Positions 37,229 to 46,396 are shown, counted from the first letter of the stretch. The stretch is DNA of 53,805 nucleotides from Candidatus Micrarchaeota archaeon (GCA_021828295.1 JAKASF010000004.1:1-53805); one strand, 5' to 3'. Notes: generated by a model from the sequence alone, not told the origin. A program made the numbers and translations.

Positions 37229-37348
37229 AAGGCGACCAGTTTCATACTTTTCCCCACAGTAGAGGATTGGTACGAGAACCTAAACATTCTTCGCTATTTA
37301 GGTTTAAAAAGCTTCCGAACTAGCGGAAGTTTTCAAAAAGATGAAACG

Positions 37349-38014
37349 ATGACTGACGTGTTAACCCTCGACGGAAAAGGGGCGGCGCTAGCCGTGGCTT
37401 TTGGCGTGGCGATACTGTTTTTGGGCCAGAACCTAGGGCCCTTCTTCCTCTTCGAGATGCTCTTCTTTTTGGTGCTGGCTGCGCTTGCAACCAGGGCAGG
37501 AATATCCCAAAAGAAGCATCTCGGAGTGTACGAGGCAACGCGTGGATGGAAGAACGTGGTTGCGAACGGCCTGGCTCCGCTTGCAGTCTCTTTTATCTAC
37601 TTCCTGAACTACAGCGCAGGGTTCCTGCCAAGGGAGACGATCGCAATAGTGTACGTTGCTAGCGTCGCTGCGGTCACAGCGGACAAGTTCGCCAGCGAGA
37701 TAGGCATACTGGACGGTGGACCTGTGATGCTAATGACGCTGCGGCGTGTCAAAAAGGGCACGTCTGGGGGTGTAAACGTGCTGGGCGTTGCTGCTGGGTT
37801 TGCAGCAGCTGCTGTAATCGGAAGCGGCGTGTATCTAATAGGTGGGTCGCTCGTTTCGATCGTGGTGATTGCGATGTCTGGACTGATCGGGGACATCGTG
37901 GACTCCGTGTTGGGGTATTGGGAGGAGGAGAAGATAGGGAACAAGTACACTTCAAACTTCGCTTGCTCGGTTGCGGGCGCTGTTGCATGCGCCGTCATTT
38001 TGACGCTATTGTAA
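37349..38014 (+). CDS. DUF92/TMEM19 membrane protein
   Basis: RGWKNVVANG, ADKFASEIG, GTSGGV, DSVLG. Confidence 0.88.
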   Translation: MTDVLTLDGKGAALAVAFGVAILFLGQNLGPFFLFEMLFFLVLAALATRAGISQKKHLGVYEATRGWKNVVANGLAPLAVSFIYFLNYSAGFLPRETIAIVYVASVAAVTADKFASEIGILDGGPVMLMTLRRVKKGTSGGVNVLGVAAGFAAAAVIGSGVYLIGGSLVSIVVIAMSGLIGDIVDSVLGYWEEEKIGNKYTSNFACSVAGAVACAVILTLL

Positions 38015-38094
38015 GCCGGTTTACTACCGGAAACTTTTCAGATTTGGGATTATAAATAGGCGTCGATTCAATTCAGTTTGGTGTTTTAACGTCA

Positions 38095-39033
38095 GTGATA
38101 ACCAAAAATTCTGAAACTAGGGAAGCAAGGATTTCCCGCGTGAAGAACCCCGGGGCGGATGCGCAGATCGGGGTGGAGAGAAAGGTGCTCGACCACGGGG
38201 TCGTGATGCTTGTCGACTACATGGGCGGCGACGAATCGATAGTGAGGGCGGCTAGGGTATCGTACGGGGCGGGGACAAAGACACTGCAGGAAGACAAGGC
38301 GCTCATAAAGTACCTTCTGCGGCACTCGCACACCACCCCCTTCGAGATGGTGGAGATGGCCTTCTACCTCAAGATGCCGATCTTCGTGATGAGGCAGATT
38401 GTCAGGCACAGAACAGCCAACATGAACGAGATGTCGCTCAGGTACTCCATCGAGCTCGACGTCCATTACGTGCCGGAGCTTGACGCAATACAGGGCCAGT
38501 CGACTTCTAACAGGCAGGGGAGGGAGGAGAAGGGCTGGACCAAGGAAGCGAAAGAGAATATCCAGAAGGAGATGCAGGAGCACGCGGAGGCGAGCTACGC
38601 CCTGTACCAGAAACTGATACAGCAGGGGGTGGCACGCGAGATTGCTAGATTCGTCCTACCGGTAACATTCTACACAGAATGCTATTGGAAGATGGATCTC
38701 TGGAACTTGTTCCACTTCCTCGCGCTCAGAATGGACGCTCATGCACAGTTTGAGACCAGAGAGTTTGCGAACGCGATGGCTGATGTTGTCAAGGGCGTGG
38801 CCCCAGGCGCTTTCGAGGCCTTCGAAGAGTACATACAGGAGGGTGTCAAACTGTCTAAAAAAGACCAGGTGGCGGTAACCGCGTTGCTCAGGGGGGCTAC
38901 GCTAGAAGACGCCTGCTCTACGGCAGGATTAAAGCTGACAAAACCCGACGGGACGCCACTCAAGATGGGAGAGGGGCCGGAATTCCTGCAGAAGCTTGAG
39001 ATTATAAAAGAAAAGGCTGTAAAGAGAGGCTAG
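38095..39033 (+). CDS. thyX: Flavin-dependent thymidylate synthase
   Basis: AARVSY, H.TPFE, QIVRHRTANMNEMSLRY, HAQFE.R. Confidence 0.95.
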   Translation: MITKNSETREARISRVKNPGADAQIGVERKVLDHGVVMLVDYMGGDESIVRAARVSYGAGTKTLQEDKALIKYLLRHSHTTPFEMVEMAFYLKMPIFVMRQIVRHRTANMNEMSLRYSIELDVHYVPELDAIQGQSTSNRQGREEKGWTKEAKENIQKEMQEHAEASYALYQKLIQQGVAREIARFVLPVTFYTECYWKMDLWNLFHFLALRMDAHAQFETREFANAMADVVKGVAPGAFEAFEEYIQEGVKLSKKDQVAVTALLRGATLEDACSTAGLKLTKPDGTPLKMGEGPEFLQKLEIIKEKAVKRG

Positions 39034-39299
39034 CCAGTTGAGAAGGGCTTCCATTCCCTGTGCTTCTCAAGAAAACGGGGCAGATAGGGGCAATCGGGCC
39101 TCACTTTCAGCCCTTTCTCCTTTGCGTACTCGAACACAGCAAGCGCGAGCCGCTCCGCTACGCCCTGCCCCCTGTCCTCTTCGGGGGTGAACGTATGATA
39201 CGCGCTGATGACCCCGTTCCCAATATCCTTGTACAGCAGCTCCGCTTCGCCGTGCTCTGTCTTTACCGAGAATCTGCCGTCTTTGTGCTTTATTTCCAT
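39030..39299 (-). CDS. Small GNAT acetyltransferase (YjdJ-like)
   Basis: HTFTPEEDRGQGVA...VRPDCPY. Confidence 0.85.
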   Translation of the reverse strand: MEIKHKDGRFSVKTEHGEAELLYKDIGNGVISAYHTFTPEEDRGQGVAERLALAVFEYAKEKGLKVRPDCPYLPRFLEKHREWKPFSTG

Positions 39300-39308
39300 G
39301 CGAATACC

Positions 39309-39379
39309 TGCGCCAGCCGGGAATCGGACCCGGGTTTTGAGCTTGGGAAGCTCATGTCCGGCCACTAGACTACTGGCGC
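39309..39379 (-). tRNA. tRNA-Gly(CCC), T-loop TCCGATT
   Basis: GCGCCAG/CTGGCGC acceptor, TGAGC-TT-CCC-AA-GCTCA. Confidence 0.9.
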
Positions 39380-39422
39380 TTTAAAACGAATTAATATAAA
39401 CCGAGAAAAGGGATATAAGCGC

Positions 39423-40214
39423 ATGCAGGGGGGAGAACGCGCGCCTGCGGCAGCGACTGCAAAACAGCACTCTTTGCTCAGCAGAGCGCACTTCAAAGAA
39501 GTCGCTAGAGACGGGAAGGAGGCGCAGCGAAGATACATAGAGTCCGCGTTGAAACTTGGCGAGACTGTCATTGACAGGACGCCAGGGAAGCTTGCGGGAG
39601 TGCTATACGCTCCTGACAAAGAGGAACTGAGCAGGGCCATACGTGGAGTATTGAAGCCTAAGCACGAATCTGCTGATAAAATACTGGGACATATAGAGGA
39701 GTACCCGCAGTGGATTGGCGTTGTTGCACCAGGGTTCTGGGCCATGGGAGCGCGCCAGTTCATCGTCATATCCGAAGCGGTTTTTGGCAGCCTGTCGCAC
39801 TTCAGGAGCATGCCCGAGATGCTTGCGCTTCTGGGGCACGAGAACAGGCACGTGCTAGACGCCCATGATGGCATAAGGTACGGAAAGGAAAAGGTCAGGG
39901 GCAGCTACAACTACTCGACCAAGTTCTTCAAATCGCTCGTGGAGATGCGGGCGTACGGCGAGGAGCTCGAGCTTGTGCGCAGCCGTGGGCTGAAAGTGAG
40001 CATGCTGCACTGGAGTGTAACACTTCATTGTTTTAAGGAGAACGCGGATTCGCTGAAGGCGTCTGTAGAAAACGAACCTGCCGCGCTGCCTCCTTGCGCC
40101 CCAGAGGCGGCGACGGTGCTGGAACTTCAGACAAAGGAAACACAGAGCCTTACGTGGAAAAGGGACTACGACTTCTACAACAAACTCATCGAGAAGGCGT
40201 CACGGAACGGCTGA
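39423..40214 (+). CDS. Hypothetical protein with HExxH motif
   Basis: LLGHENRHVLD followed by E.RAY..E. Confidence 0.55.
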   Translation: MQGGERAPAAATAKQHSLLSRAHFKEVARDGKEAQRRYIESALKLGETVIDRTPGKLAGVLYAPDKEELSRAIRGVLKPKHESADKILGHIEEYPQWIGVVAPGFWAMGARQFIVISEAVFGSLSHFRSMPEMLALLGHENRHVLDAHDGIRYGKEKVRGSYNYSTKFFKSLVEMRAYGEELELVRSRGLKVSMLHWSVTLHCFKENADSLKASVENEPAALPPCAPEAATVLELQTKETQSLTWKRDYDFYNKLIEKASRNG

Positions 40215-40232
40215 CCGACTGCCGTTGCTGCT

Positions 40233-41009
40233 CTACCTTATGTAGCTTGGGCCTTCCTTGAACTGGGTGCCCATTTCGGGAGGGAACTGCTGCATCATCT
40301 TGGGCCCTTCTAGTTCGGATAGCATCTTCTCGGTCTCGCCCCTCAGCTTCTCTATGCTGCCTAGCCTGATCTCTTTGCCGATGAGCTTGCCTATGACTTG
40401 AATCACTGCTTTTGCAGAGTTTGCATCTACGTCGAGCATGCCGGTCTCTCCCATGATGCACGCGGCGCTTATCTTGTGCTTCTTTGAGAACGCTACTATC
40501 ATTCCTGCAGACCCGAGCACAGACATGCCGGTTGCGTCTGTAGGCGTAACCCCGAGCTTCTTCATCTGATTCACTGTTACGGCATCGGTAGCAAGGCCGA
40601 AAACCCGGGGGGCCTTGACGTACTGCGCACCCATGCTGTAGCCGCCGATCGTGAATATCTTGCTTCCGCCGAGGTGCTTGAAGAACTCAACTATGCGCTC
40701 GTTCACCTCGTACTGACCCTCTGGCGTGAGCGGCTGCGCGTCCCCAAGAAGCAGGATTATGTCGCTCTTGCCCTTTCCTCCCTTCGCGTAATAGAACCTG
40801 TTGCTCACCAGCCTGAAGGCTCCGTCCTTCAGCATGATTATCTGGTATGGGAAGTATGGAGAGTAGAGTGTAGCGAACCTCTTGGCCTTGAACTCCTTCT
40901 TCAGGTGCTCTGCCACGAGGCTCCCTATGCTGCCTATGCCGGGCAGGCCCACAAAGAGCACTGGGTCGTTGAGCTTGGTCTTCTTGTAGTATATCTTGGT
41001 CTCCTTCAT
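40233..41009 (-). CDS. Proteasome assembly chaperone (PAC2 family)
   Basis: GLPGIGSIG, GDAQP, FTIGG, CIMGET, C-terminal SYIR. Confidence 0.9.
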   Translation of the reverse strand: MKETKIYYKKTKLNDPVLFVGLPGIGSIGSLVAEHLKKEFKAKRFATLYSPYFPYQIIMLKDGAFRLVSNRFYYAKGGKGKSDIILLLGDAQPLTPEGQYEVNERIVEFFKHLGGSKIFTIGGYSMGAQYVKAPRVFGLATDAVTVNQMKKLGVTPTDATGMSVLGSAGMIVAFSKKHKISAACIMGETGMLDVDANSAKAVIQVIGKLIGKEIRLGSIEKLRGETEKMLSELEGPKMMQQFPPEMGTQFKEGPSYIR

Positions 41010-41017
41010 GCAAATCT

Positions 41018-41764
41018 CTACCTCTTTATCTCCACACTCAGTTGCCCCTTGTACTTTTCTAGCAGTTTCTCGGCGTTTTTAATCTTGCCTTCGACATCGG
41101 GATAGCTCGCCCCCTTGGCCGAGAGCTTGTAGTGCGGCGCGCCCTCGTAAAGGACCTCAACACCGAGCGCCTCGACCTCCTGGAATGCCTTCCTTATCGT
41201 TGCGACGTTGCCCTTTCCGGCCACGCTCTTGAGAACAACCGCGTATCCGACCTCGTACTCCTTGGGCTTGACATTCTTTGCCACTATCTCCTCGAACGCC
41301 TTCTGCACGTCAGCGTCGAGAAGCCCAGTTGGCATCTTCTTATCGATTACGAGATCGAGCAGTTCCGAGTACGTCTGCACCGATTGCGCCGCCTTCAGCC
41401 TTATCTCGTTGAGCTTGCCCTCCTTGCCCGCCGCCTTGACTGCCTGCTCGAAGAACTTCTGTGCGCGCTTCTCGAGGTTGTACTCGTTGATCTTGTCCTT
41501 CTTCTCCTTCGCGGTTACCTTCTTCAGGGAAACGTCGAGCGCCCTCTTGACCTGGTCTACGAACACGACCTTAGCCACGTCGCGCTGACCCTCGCGTATG
41601 AACTCATGTATGTTCTTTATCCAGCCCGAGGCGACTTCGCCTATCGGAAGGTAGGCATCTGCCTTATACTCGACGAGCTCGCAGTATGCCCCGTGGGGCA
41701 TTATCTTGGTTATGTTCACCAGTATTATTTCCCCCATTGAAGGGAGCTCTTTGGGAGCTATCAC
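41018..41764 (-). CDS. eif2a: Translation initiation factor 2 alpha
   Basis: S1 domain GAYCEL.EY, EVASGWIKNI, GAPHY. Confidence 0.93.
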   Translation of the reverse strand: MIAPKELPSMGEIILVNITKIMPHGAYCELVEYKADAYLPIGEVASGWIKNIHEFIREGQRDVAKVVFVDQVKRALDVSLKKVTAKEKKDKINEYNLEKRAQKFFEQAVKAAGKEGKLNEIRLKAAQSVQTYSELLDLVIDKKMPTGLLDADVQKAFEEIVAKNVKPKEYEVGYAVVLKSVAGKGNVATIRKAFQEVEALGVEVLYEGAPHYKLSAKGASYPDVEGKIKNAEKLLEKYKGQLSVEIKR

Positions 41765-41768
41765 AGCG

Positions 41769-42050
41769 CTACCTCTTTACCTCTACCTTCTTCTTGGACC
41801 TGCCGAAGAGCGATCTCTGCACAGTCTTCTTGCACACGGTGCACTGCAGCAAAAGCACCTGCCGCTTGCCGAGCTTTTTGGGGTGCTGCTTCGGGGAGAC
41901 GCTGCCGACATAACCGGTAATCTTCCTGTTGTGCAGGAGCGTATGCCACGCCTGCCCCCGGGGCGCGCTCTTCGCGAAGACGCTGACCTTGTGGAGCGTG
42001 TGCTTGTTGCAGTACGGGCAATAGGCCATTATTTGGTTCTCTATCTTCAT
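41769..42050 (-). CDS. rpl44e: 50S ribosomal protein L44e
   Basis: YCPYCNKHTLH, LQCTVCKK. Confidence 0.9.
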   Translation of the reverse strand: MKIENQIMAYCPYCNKHTLHKVSVFAKSAPRGQAWHTLLHNRKITGYVGSVSPKQHPKKLGKRQVLLLQCTVCKKTVQRSLFGRSKKKVEVKR

Positions 42051-42054
42051 AAAC

Positions 42055-42552
42055 TCACTGTACCAGTATCTCCCCTATCTTGTTCTTTATTATGAACTCG
42101 ACATCGCCGCTGTCTGAAAGCTCGACTATCTCGCCGTTCTTGTAGGGACCGACCTTCCTGCCCTGGGCGGTTAGCACCTCGGGCACATCGGCGATTATCT
42201 TCAGTTTCGAAAGCTTCGTTTCTGGTGCTCCTGCGTTAAGCGTCTTGTGCAGTTCGTTGAAGAGCGCCTCTTCTTCGTTTGGTATTGTTGCAGGAAGCGG
42301 CCTGCTGTACGCTATGTACAGGAGCAGTTTCTGCTTCCTCTTCTCTTTCAGCGACATGAGCATCTTCACCACATTCTCGACCCTTCTTGCTTTCTCCTCT
42401 CCCTGATCCTGTTTTGAAAGTGTTGCTACAAGCGCTGTGGCGTTCGCGTAGAAGTCGTGAGGCAGGGGCTGCAGTTCGCCCGTTGCCTTCTCCTGCTGCA
42501 GGGATAGGAACAGCGACTCTGCGGTTATGCTGACGGCCAAAAACAACACCAC
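42055..42552 (-). CDS. GINS subunit
   Basis: E...GELQPLP.DFY, R.QK, EE.LF, GPYK.GEIVEL; upstream of rpl44e. Confidence 0.8.
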   Translation of the reverse strand: MVLFLAVSITAESLFLSLQQEKATGELQPLPHDFYANATALVATLSKQDQGEEKARRVENVVKMLMSLKEKRKQKLLLYIAYSRPLPATIPNEEEALFNELHKTLNAGAPETKLSKLKIIADVPEVLTAQGRKVGPYKNGEIVELSDSGDVEFIIKNKIGEILVQ

Positions 42553-42676
42553 TAACGGTTCAATTCCAGTATTAGTTATTCGAACTTTTTATTAACCCTT
42601 CCAGTTTTTCTTATCTATCATAATACATAATATTAGATAAAGACCGCGATTTGTGGAACTGAACCCTGTAGCGAGA

Positions 42677-42831
42677 TAGCGAGGGGAGGATTTGGACCTC
42701 CGGTCTTCGGGTTTCTCAATAACGCGTGGTGCTGTACTCATAGTTGACAAGCAGCCTAGTTTTCCCTTTGCTTATTGTCAGCCACAGCTTTTTATGAGCC
42801 CGACGGGTACTCCAGGCTACCCTACCTCGCT
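42677..42831 (-). tRNA. Initiator tRNA-Met(CAT) with 80-nt intron (42713-42792)
   Basis: A1-U72 AGCGAGG/CCTCGCT, GGG/CCC anticodon stem, intron after position 37, T-loop TCCAAAT. Confidence 0.9.
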
Positions 42832-42887
42832 CTGATAAATACATGCCAGCCAACGTATAAAAAGCTTCTAACGCGCCAAAAAGGCGC

Positions 42888-43142
42888 TTACTTGCTTCTC
42901 CTCATCGGCTCCAAGGAAAGATCTGCTGCAACGACTCTGTAGAGGCCTGCAACAAATGGTTTTACGATGTCTAAAGCCCGCCTGCCAAACTCCTTAGTCA
43001 TCTTATACTGCGTTATGGATACGTTTCCTATAGAGGAGGTCCTGCGCGTTACCAAGCCCGCGCGTTCAAAGAGGTGCATCAGATCCGATATCTTCTCGCT
43101 GGTAATCGGATCCAGCGGGTGCATGGAGTTGTAGTGCAGCAT
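42888..43142 (-). CDS. Hypothetical protein, possible winged helix
   Basis: ISDLMHLFERAGLV...YKMTKEFG; frame stays open ~120 nt upstream without ATG. Confidence 0.4.
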   Translation of the reverse strand: MLHYNSMHPLDPITSEKISDLMHLFERAGLVTRRTSSIGNVSITQYKMTKEFGRRALDIVKPFVAGLYRVVAADLSLEPMRRSK

Positions 43143-43289
43143 CAGGTCTATGGGACTTGCCCACTCGCGATCTCTGAGGTGCTCTATAAGTGGCTGATTT
43201 GCAAGTAGCGCCTCGGCTAATTTAGCTGTATCGCGTTCATTCTGTATTAGCCTAGTCGTGCTCTCGCTTATACCATCGCCTATTGATAT

Positions 43290-44018
43290 TCAAGCAGGAG
43301 TAACTATTCCCGTCTCGGTCCCTTCCTTCTCGTCGAAGAGGGCCCTGGCCTGCTCCTTGCTCATCTGCCTGAGCGGCTTGCCGCAGCCTTCGCACTTGAA
43401 CTGGGTCTCGTATGCGGCGTCGAACGGGAGTATCACCTTCGCCTCCTCGTAGCACTTGCCGCAGTAGAAGAAGTCGTTGCAGTTGTCCGGGAGAGCGCGC
43501 CCGTTCTCAGACTTTGCGGTCAGTGCAGTCTGATGCAGCTCTGTGAGCTTCTCGCCGTCAAGATACCACTTGAACGTGAGCCAGCCCTTGCTGTCCTTGT
43601 TCGTGTCGTACCTTGCGACGCCGTAACTGTCGAGCACGTTGAGTATGCGCCTCACCTCGTTTATCTTAACGCCAAGGTCAGCGGCAATCTTCTCGTCGGT
43701 CTGCGGCGCGTCGAGCAGCTTGATGACGTTTATGGCCTTCTTCCCCACGTTCTTCGATATGAAGTCAGCAAACGTTAGATTTTCAAGCAAGCCGTCAATC
43801 CTGAGCCTTTCGTTGCTTGCGGCCTCGGCAGCGAGCCTGGCCTGTTCCTTCATCTCCTTCTTCTGGGCCTTGAGACGCAGGAGCTTCCTTTCCTCAGCGC
43901 GGGCCTTCTTCTGGCGTTCGCTCATCCTTCGGTTATTGCTGGGGTTCGCCACAGCCTTCTTCGCACTAGGATTAGACTTCTTGCCCTTTGGCATCACACG
44001 ACCGGTCTTCTTAATCAT
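43290..44018 (-). CDS. tfe: Transcription factor E alpha with basic N-terminal extension
   Basis: TDEKIA..LGVKINEVRRILN.L, KGWLTFKW, FFYCGKC...FKCEGCG. Confidence 0.9.
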   Translation of the reverse strand: MIKKTGRVMPKGKKSNPSAKKAVANPSNNRRMSERQKKARAEERKLLRLKAQKKEMKEQARLAAEAASNERLRIDGLLENLTFADFISKNVGKKAINVIKLLDAPQTDEKIAADLGVKINEVRRILNVLDSYGVARYDTNKDSKGWLTFKWYLDGEKLTELHQTALTAKSENGRALPDNCNDFFYCGKCYEEAKVILPFDAAYETQFKCEGCGKPLRQMSKEQARALFDEKEGTETGIVTPA

Positions 44019-44051
44019 ATATTACACACCACACGAATAAATATCCGCCTA

Positions 44052-44270
44052 TTACTGCCCTAAACGCCTGCCCGCGCCTCTCAAAGCAGCAGTGACAGCA
44101 CCTTTGATCCTGCTTCCATTAGCGTCAGCAATAGCGCCAGCCGGTATTCCCAGCGCCACGCTTACTCCTTGTAACATCTCTGCCCCATCGCCCCTAAGCA
44201 CCCCAATCAGGGCTACCAAGCCACCGGCGGCAACAGAGCCGTAAACAACCCCCTGAGCAAACTCTTCCAT
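44052..44270 (-). CDS. Small hypothetical membrane protein
   Basis: MEEFAQGVVYGSVAAGGLVALIG; TTTAAA upstream. Confidence 0.4.
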   Translation of the reverse strand: MEEFAQGVVYGSVAAGGLVALIGVLRGDGAEMLQGVSVALGIPAGAIADANGSRIKGAVTAALRGAGRRLGQ

Positions 44271-44419
44271 TCCATCACAGCTAACAATATGCCTTCTCTC
44301 GTATTTAAAGGGTCGTTTATTTTGCAAAATAAACAGGAACTATTGTTATTATGTTAACAGCCCTCTCAGCGTCGCCAGATAGTATTGTGCATCTCCTGAT
44401 ATTTAAACACTCCGAGGGA

Positions 44420-44977
44420 ATGCATAGCATGGACGAGAGGAAGTCCGAGATTAAAAGCGCCATCGATAAGGCCGAGATAAGCCTGATACTCGACAATTAT
44501 GACGATATCTTCTCAAGCTTTGATCCAAGGCCGTATGACGAGCGGGCCCTCTCCGAGGACTTCCTGAAAGAGGCCAAGAACGCAGCGCGCGGAAAGAGGA
44601 GGGGCATAGAGCTAAGGTTCATGGTTCCGGCTACGTTGAGGAACACTAAGTCCGAGGACCTCATAAAGGCCAGGCTGAAGGAGCACTTTAGGAAGCACTA
44701 CAGCGCGCTTAAGGGCGAGTTTGCCAGGCGCAGGAGGCTCGCCATTCTGATGATGCTGGCGGGCATTGCGATCGGGGTTGCTGACGCCATCCTGCTATCC
44801 TTCTCTGGCATCAGCATTGTCGTGAGAGACACGGTTGAGATAGTATTCACCCCGGCGAGCTGGTATACGATCTGGAACGGCCTCGACAGGCTGCTCATCA
44901 GGCCACAAGAGGATGCCGCGGAAGAGAGCTTCAACAAGAAGATGACGGACGCACAGATAACCTTCACTTCCTATTGA
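44420..44977 (+). CDS. Hypothetical two-TM membrane protein
   Basis: LDNYDDIFSSFDPRPY.ERALSEDFL.E, two C-terminal TM helices; start uncertain. Confidence 0.7.
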   Translation: MHSMDERKSEIKSAIDKAEISLILDNYDDIFSSFDPRPYDERALSEDFLKEAKNAARGKRRGIELRFMVPATLRNTKSEDLIKARLKEHFRKHYSALKGEFARRRRLAILMMLAGIAIGVADAILLSFSGISIVVRDTVEIVFTPASWYTIWNGLDRLLIRPQEDAAEESFNKKMTDAQITFTSY

Positions 44978-44986
44978 AAACAAGAG

Positions 44987-45061
44987 CGGGCTCGGGGGGA
45001 TTTGAACCCCCGACTTGCTGGTTAAGAGCCAGCCACTCTGACCAATCTGAGTTACGAGCCC
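44987..45061 (-). tRNA. tRNA-Lys(CTT)
   Basis: GGGCTCG/CGAGCCC acceptor, GCTGG-CT-CTT-AA-CCAGC, GGTTCAAATCC. Confidence 0.95.
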
Positions 45062-45070
45062 AAACATGGG

Positions 45071-46396
45071 TCACTTGACCCTTGCCTTTACAAACTTCTC
45101 TATTAAAGAATCAAATTCCTTTCCATGGGGCTGTATCTCGTAGGAGACCTGCACTATGGGCTTGTTCGCGTTTATTATGTTCCTCAGATCAGTGGGCGTG
45201 GCAGACAGCACAACGTCGCACTCGGCCCGGTTCACCGTTGCCTCTAGGTCGCGCACCTGCTTCGGGCTGTAGCCCATGGCGGGCAGCTCCTTGTCCAGAG
45301 CCGGGTACTTAACGAACGTGTCCTTTATCGTGCCTACCGCATAGTCCTTGGCATCAACCACCTTCCCTGCGCCGAACTGCTTTGCGGCCACAGTGGCGGC
45401 CCCGAACCTCATGCTCCCGTGCGTTATTGTAGGGCCGTCCTCGATGAGCAGAACGCTGCTGCCCTTCACTATCCTCGGGTTGTCCACGCCCACCACCGAG
45501 TCCGCTAGCACTACCTTGGCTTTCGGGTTGATGGACGCTATGTTCTTTGTTACTGTCTCTATCTCTGCCTTGCTGGCCGAGTTCACCTTGTTCACAAGCA
45601 CCACGTCAGCTATCCTTGCGCAGATCTCCCCAGGATAGTAAGATATCTCGTTCCCTGCGCGCAGCGGATCTGCAACCGTTATCATGAGATCCGGCTTGAA
45701 GAACGGCGCGTCGTTGTTGCCTCCGTCCCAGATGACAAGCCGTGCCTCGCTCTCGGCCCTCCTCAGTATTCTCTCGTAATCAACGCCAGAGTATACGACA
45801 AACCCGTTCCTTATGTGCGGCTCGTAGTCCTCGCGCTCCTCGACAGTGGTCTTGTACTTCACCAGGTCCTTGAGCGTCGCAAACCTCTGCACAGCCTGCT
45901 CCTTCAGGTTTCCGTATGGCATCGGGTGTCTTATGATGGCAGTGCTTATCCCGTGTTTCCTGAGCAGTTTGGATACGTACCGCGTGGTTGGGCTCTTCCC
46001 GGCGCCGGTTCTCACGGCGCATACGGCTATGACCGGCCTCCGCGATCTCACCATCGCGCGCCACGGGTCAACGAGCTCGAAGTTCGCGCCGTTGGCGTTG
46101 ACCCAGCTCGCCTTCTGCATGACCGTCTGGTACGGGAGATCGCTATAGGCAAGTATGCACGTATCCGCTTTGAACCGCTTGATCAGAGAGGGCAGCTCGG
46201 ATTCGTCGTAGATCTTGATGCCCTTCGGATAAAACCTGCCGCTCAGCTCCTTCGGGTACGTCCTGTTGGAGATGAATGGTATCTGCGTGGCCGTAAACGC
46301 CACCACCTCATAATTCGGGTTGTCGCGGAACAGAACGTTGAAATCATGGAAATCCCTTCCCGCAGCGCCCATTATGATTATTCTTTCCTTTTTCAA
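45071..46396 (-). CDS. ArcE-like arginine synthetase / cDPG synthetase-family P-loop protein
   Basis: IMGAAGRDFH.FN, AFTATQIP, AVRTGAGKS, RHPMPYG, EEREDYE.H, WDGGNND, EDGPT.THG, PAMGY. Confidence 0.8.
   Translation of the reverse strand: MKKERIIIMGAAGRDFHDFNVLFRDNPNYEVVAFTATQIPFISNRTYPKELSGRFYPKGIKIYDESELPSLIKRFKADTCILAYSDLPYQTVMQKASWVNANGANFELVDPWRAMVRSRRPVIAVCAVRTGAGKSPTTRYVSKLLRKHGISTAIIRHPMPYGNLKEQAVQRFATLKDLVKYKTTVEEREDYEPHIRNGFVVYSGVDYERILRRAESEARLVIWDGGNNDAPFFKPDLMITVADPLRAGNEISYYPGEICARIADVVLVNKVNSASKAEIETVTKNIASINPKAKVVLADSVVGVDNPRIVKGSSVLLIEDGPTITHGSMRFGAATVAAKQFGAGKVVDAKDYAVGTIKDTFVKYPALDKELPAMGYSPKQVRDLEATVNRAECDVVLSATPTDLRNIINANKPIVQVSYEIQPHGKEFDSLIEKFVKARVK

Noticed and set aside
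37057-37287. 76-aa minus-strand ORF
   Set aside because: Runs through a T tract, TATA-like boxes and hairpins; composition is not protein-like.
39300-39365. N-terminal extension of the GNAT ORF
   Set aside because: Lies within tRNA-Gly; start at 39299 preferred.
42553-42670. AT-rich stretch near GINS as a replication origin
   Set aside because: No ORB-like repeats or cdc6 seen; consistent with a promoter region.
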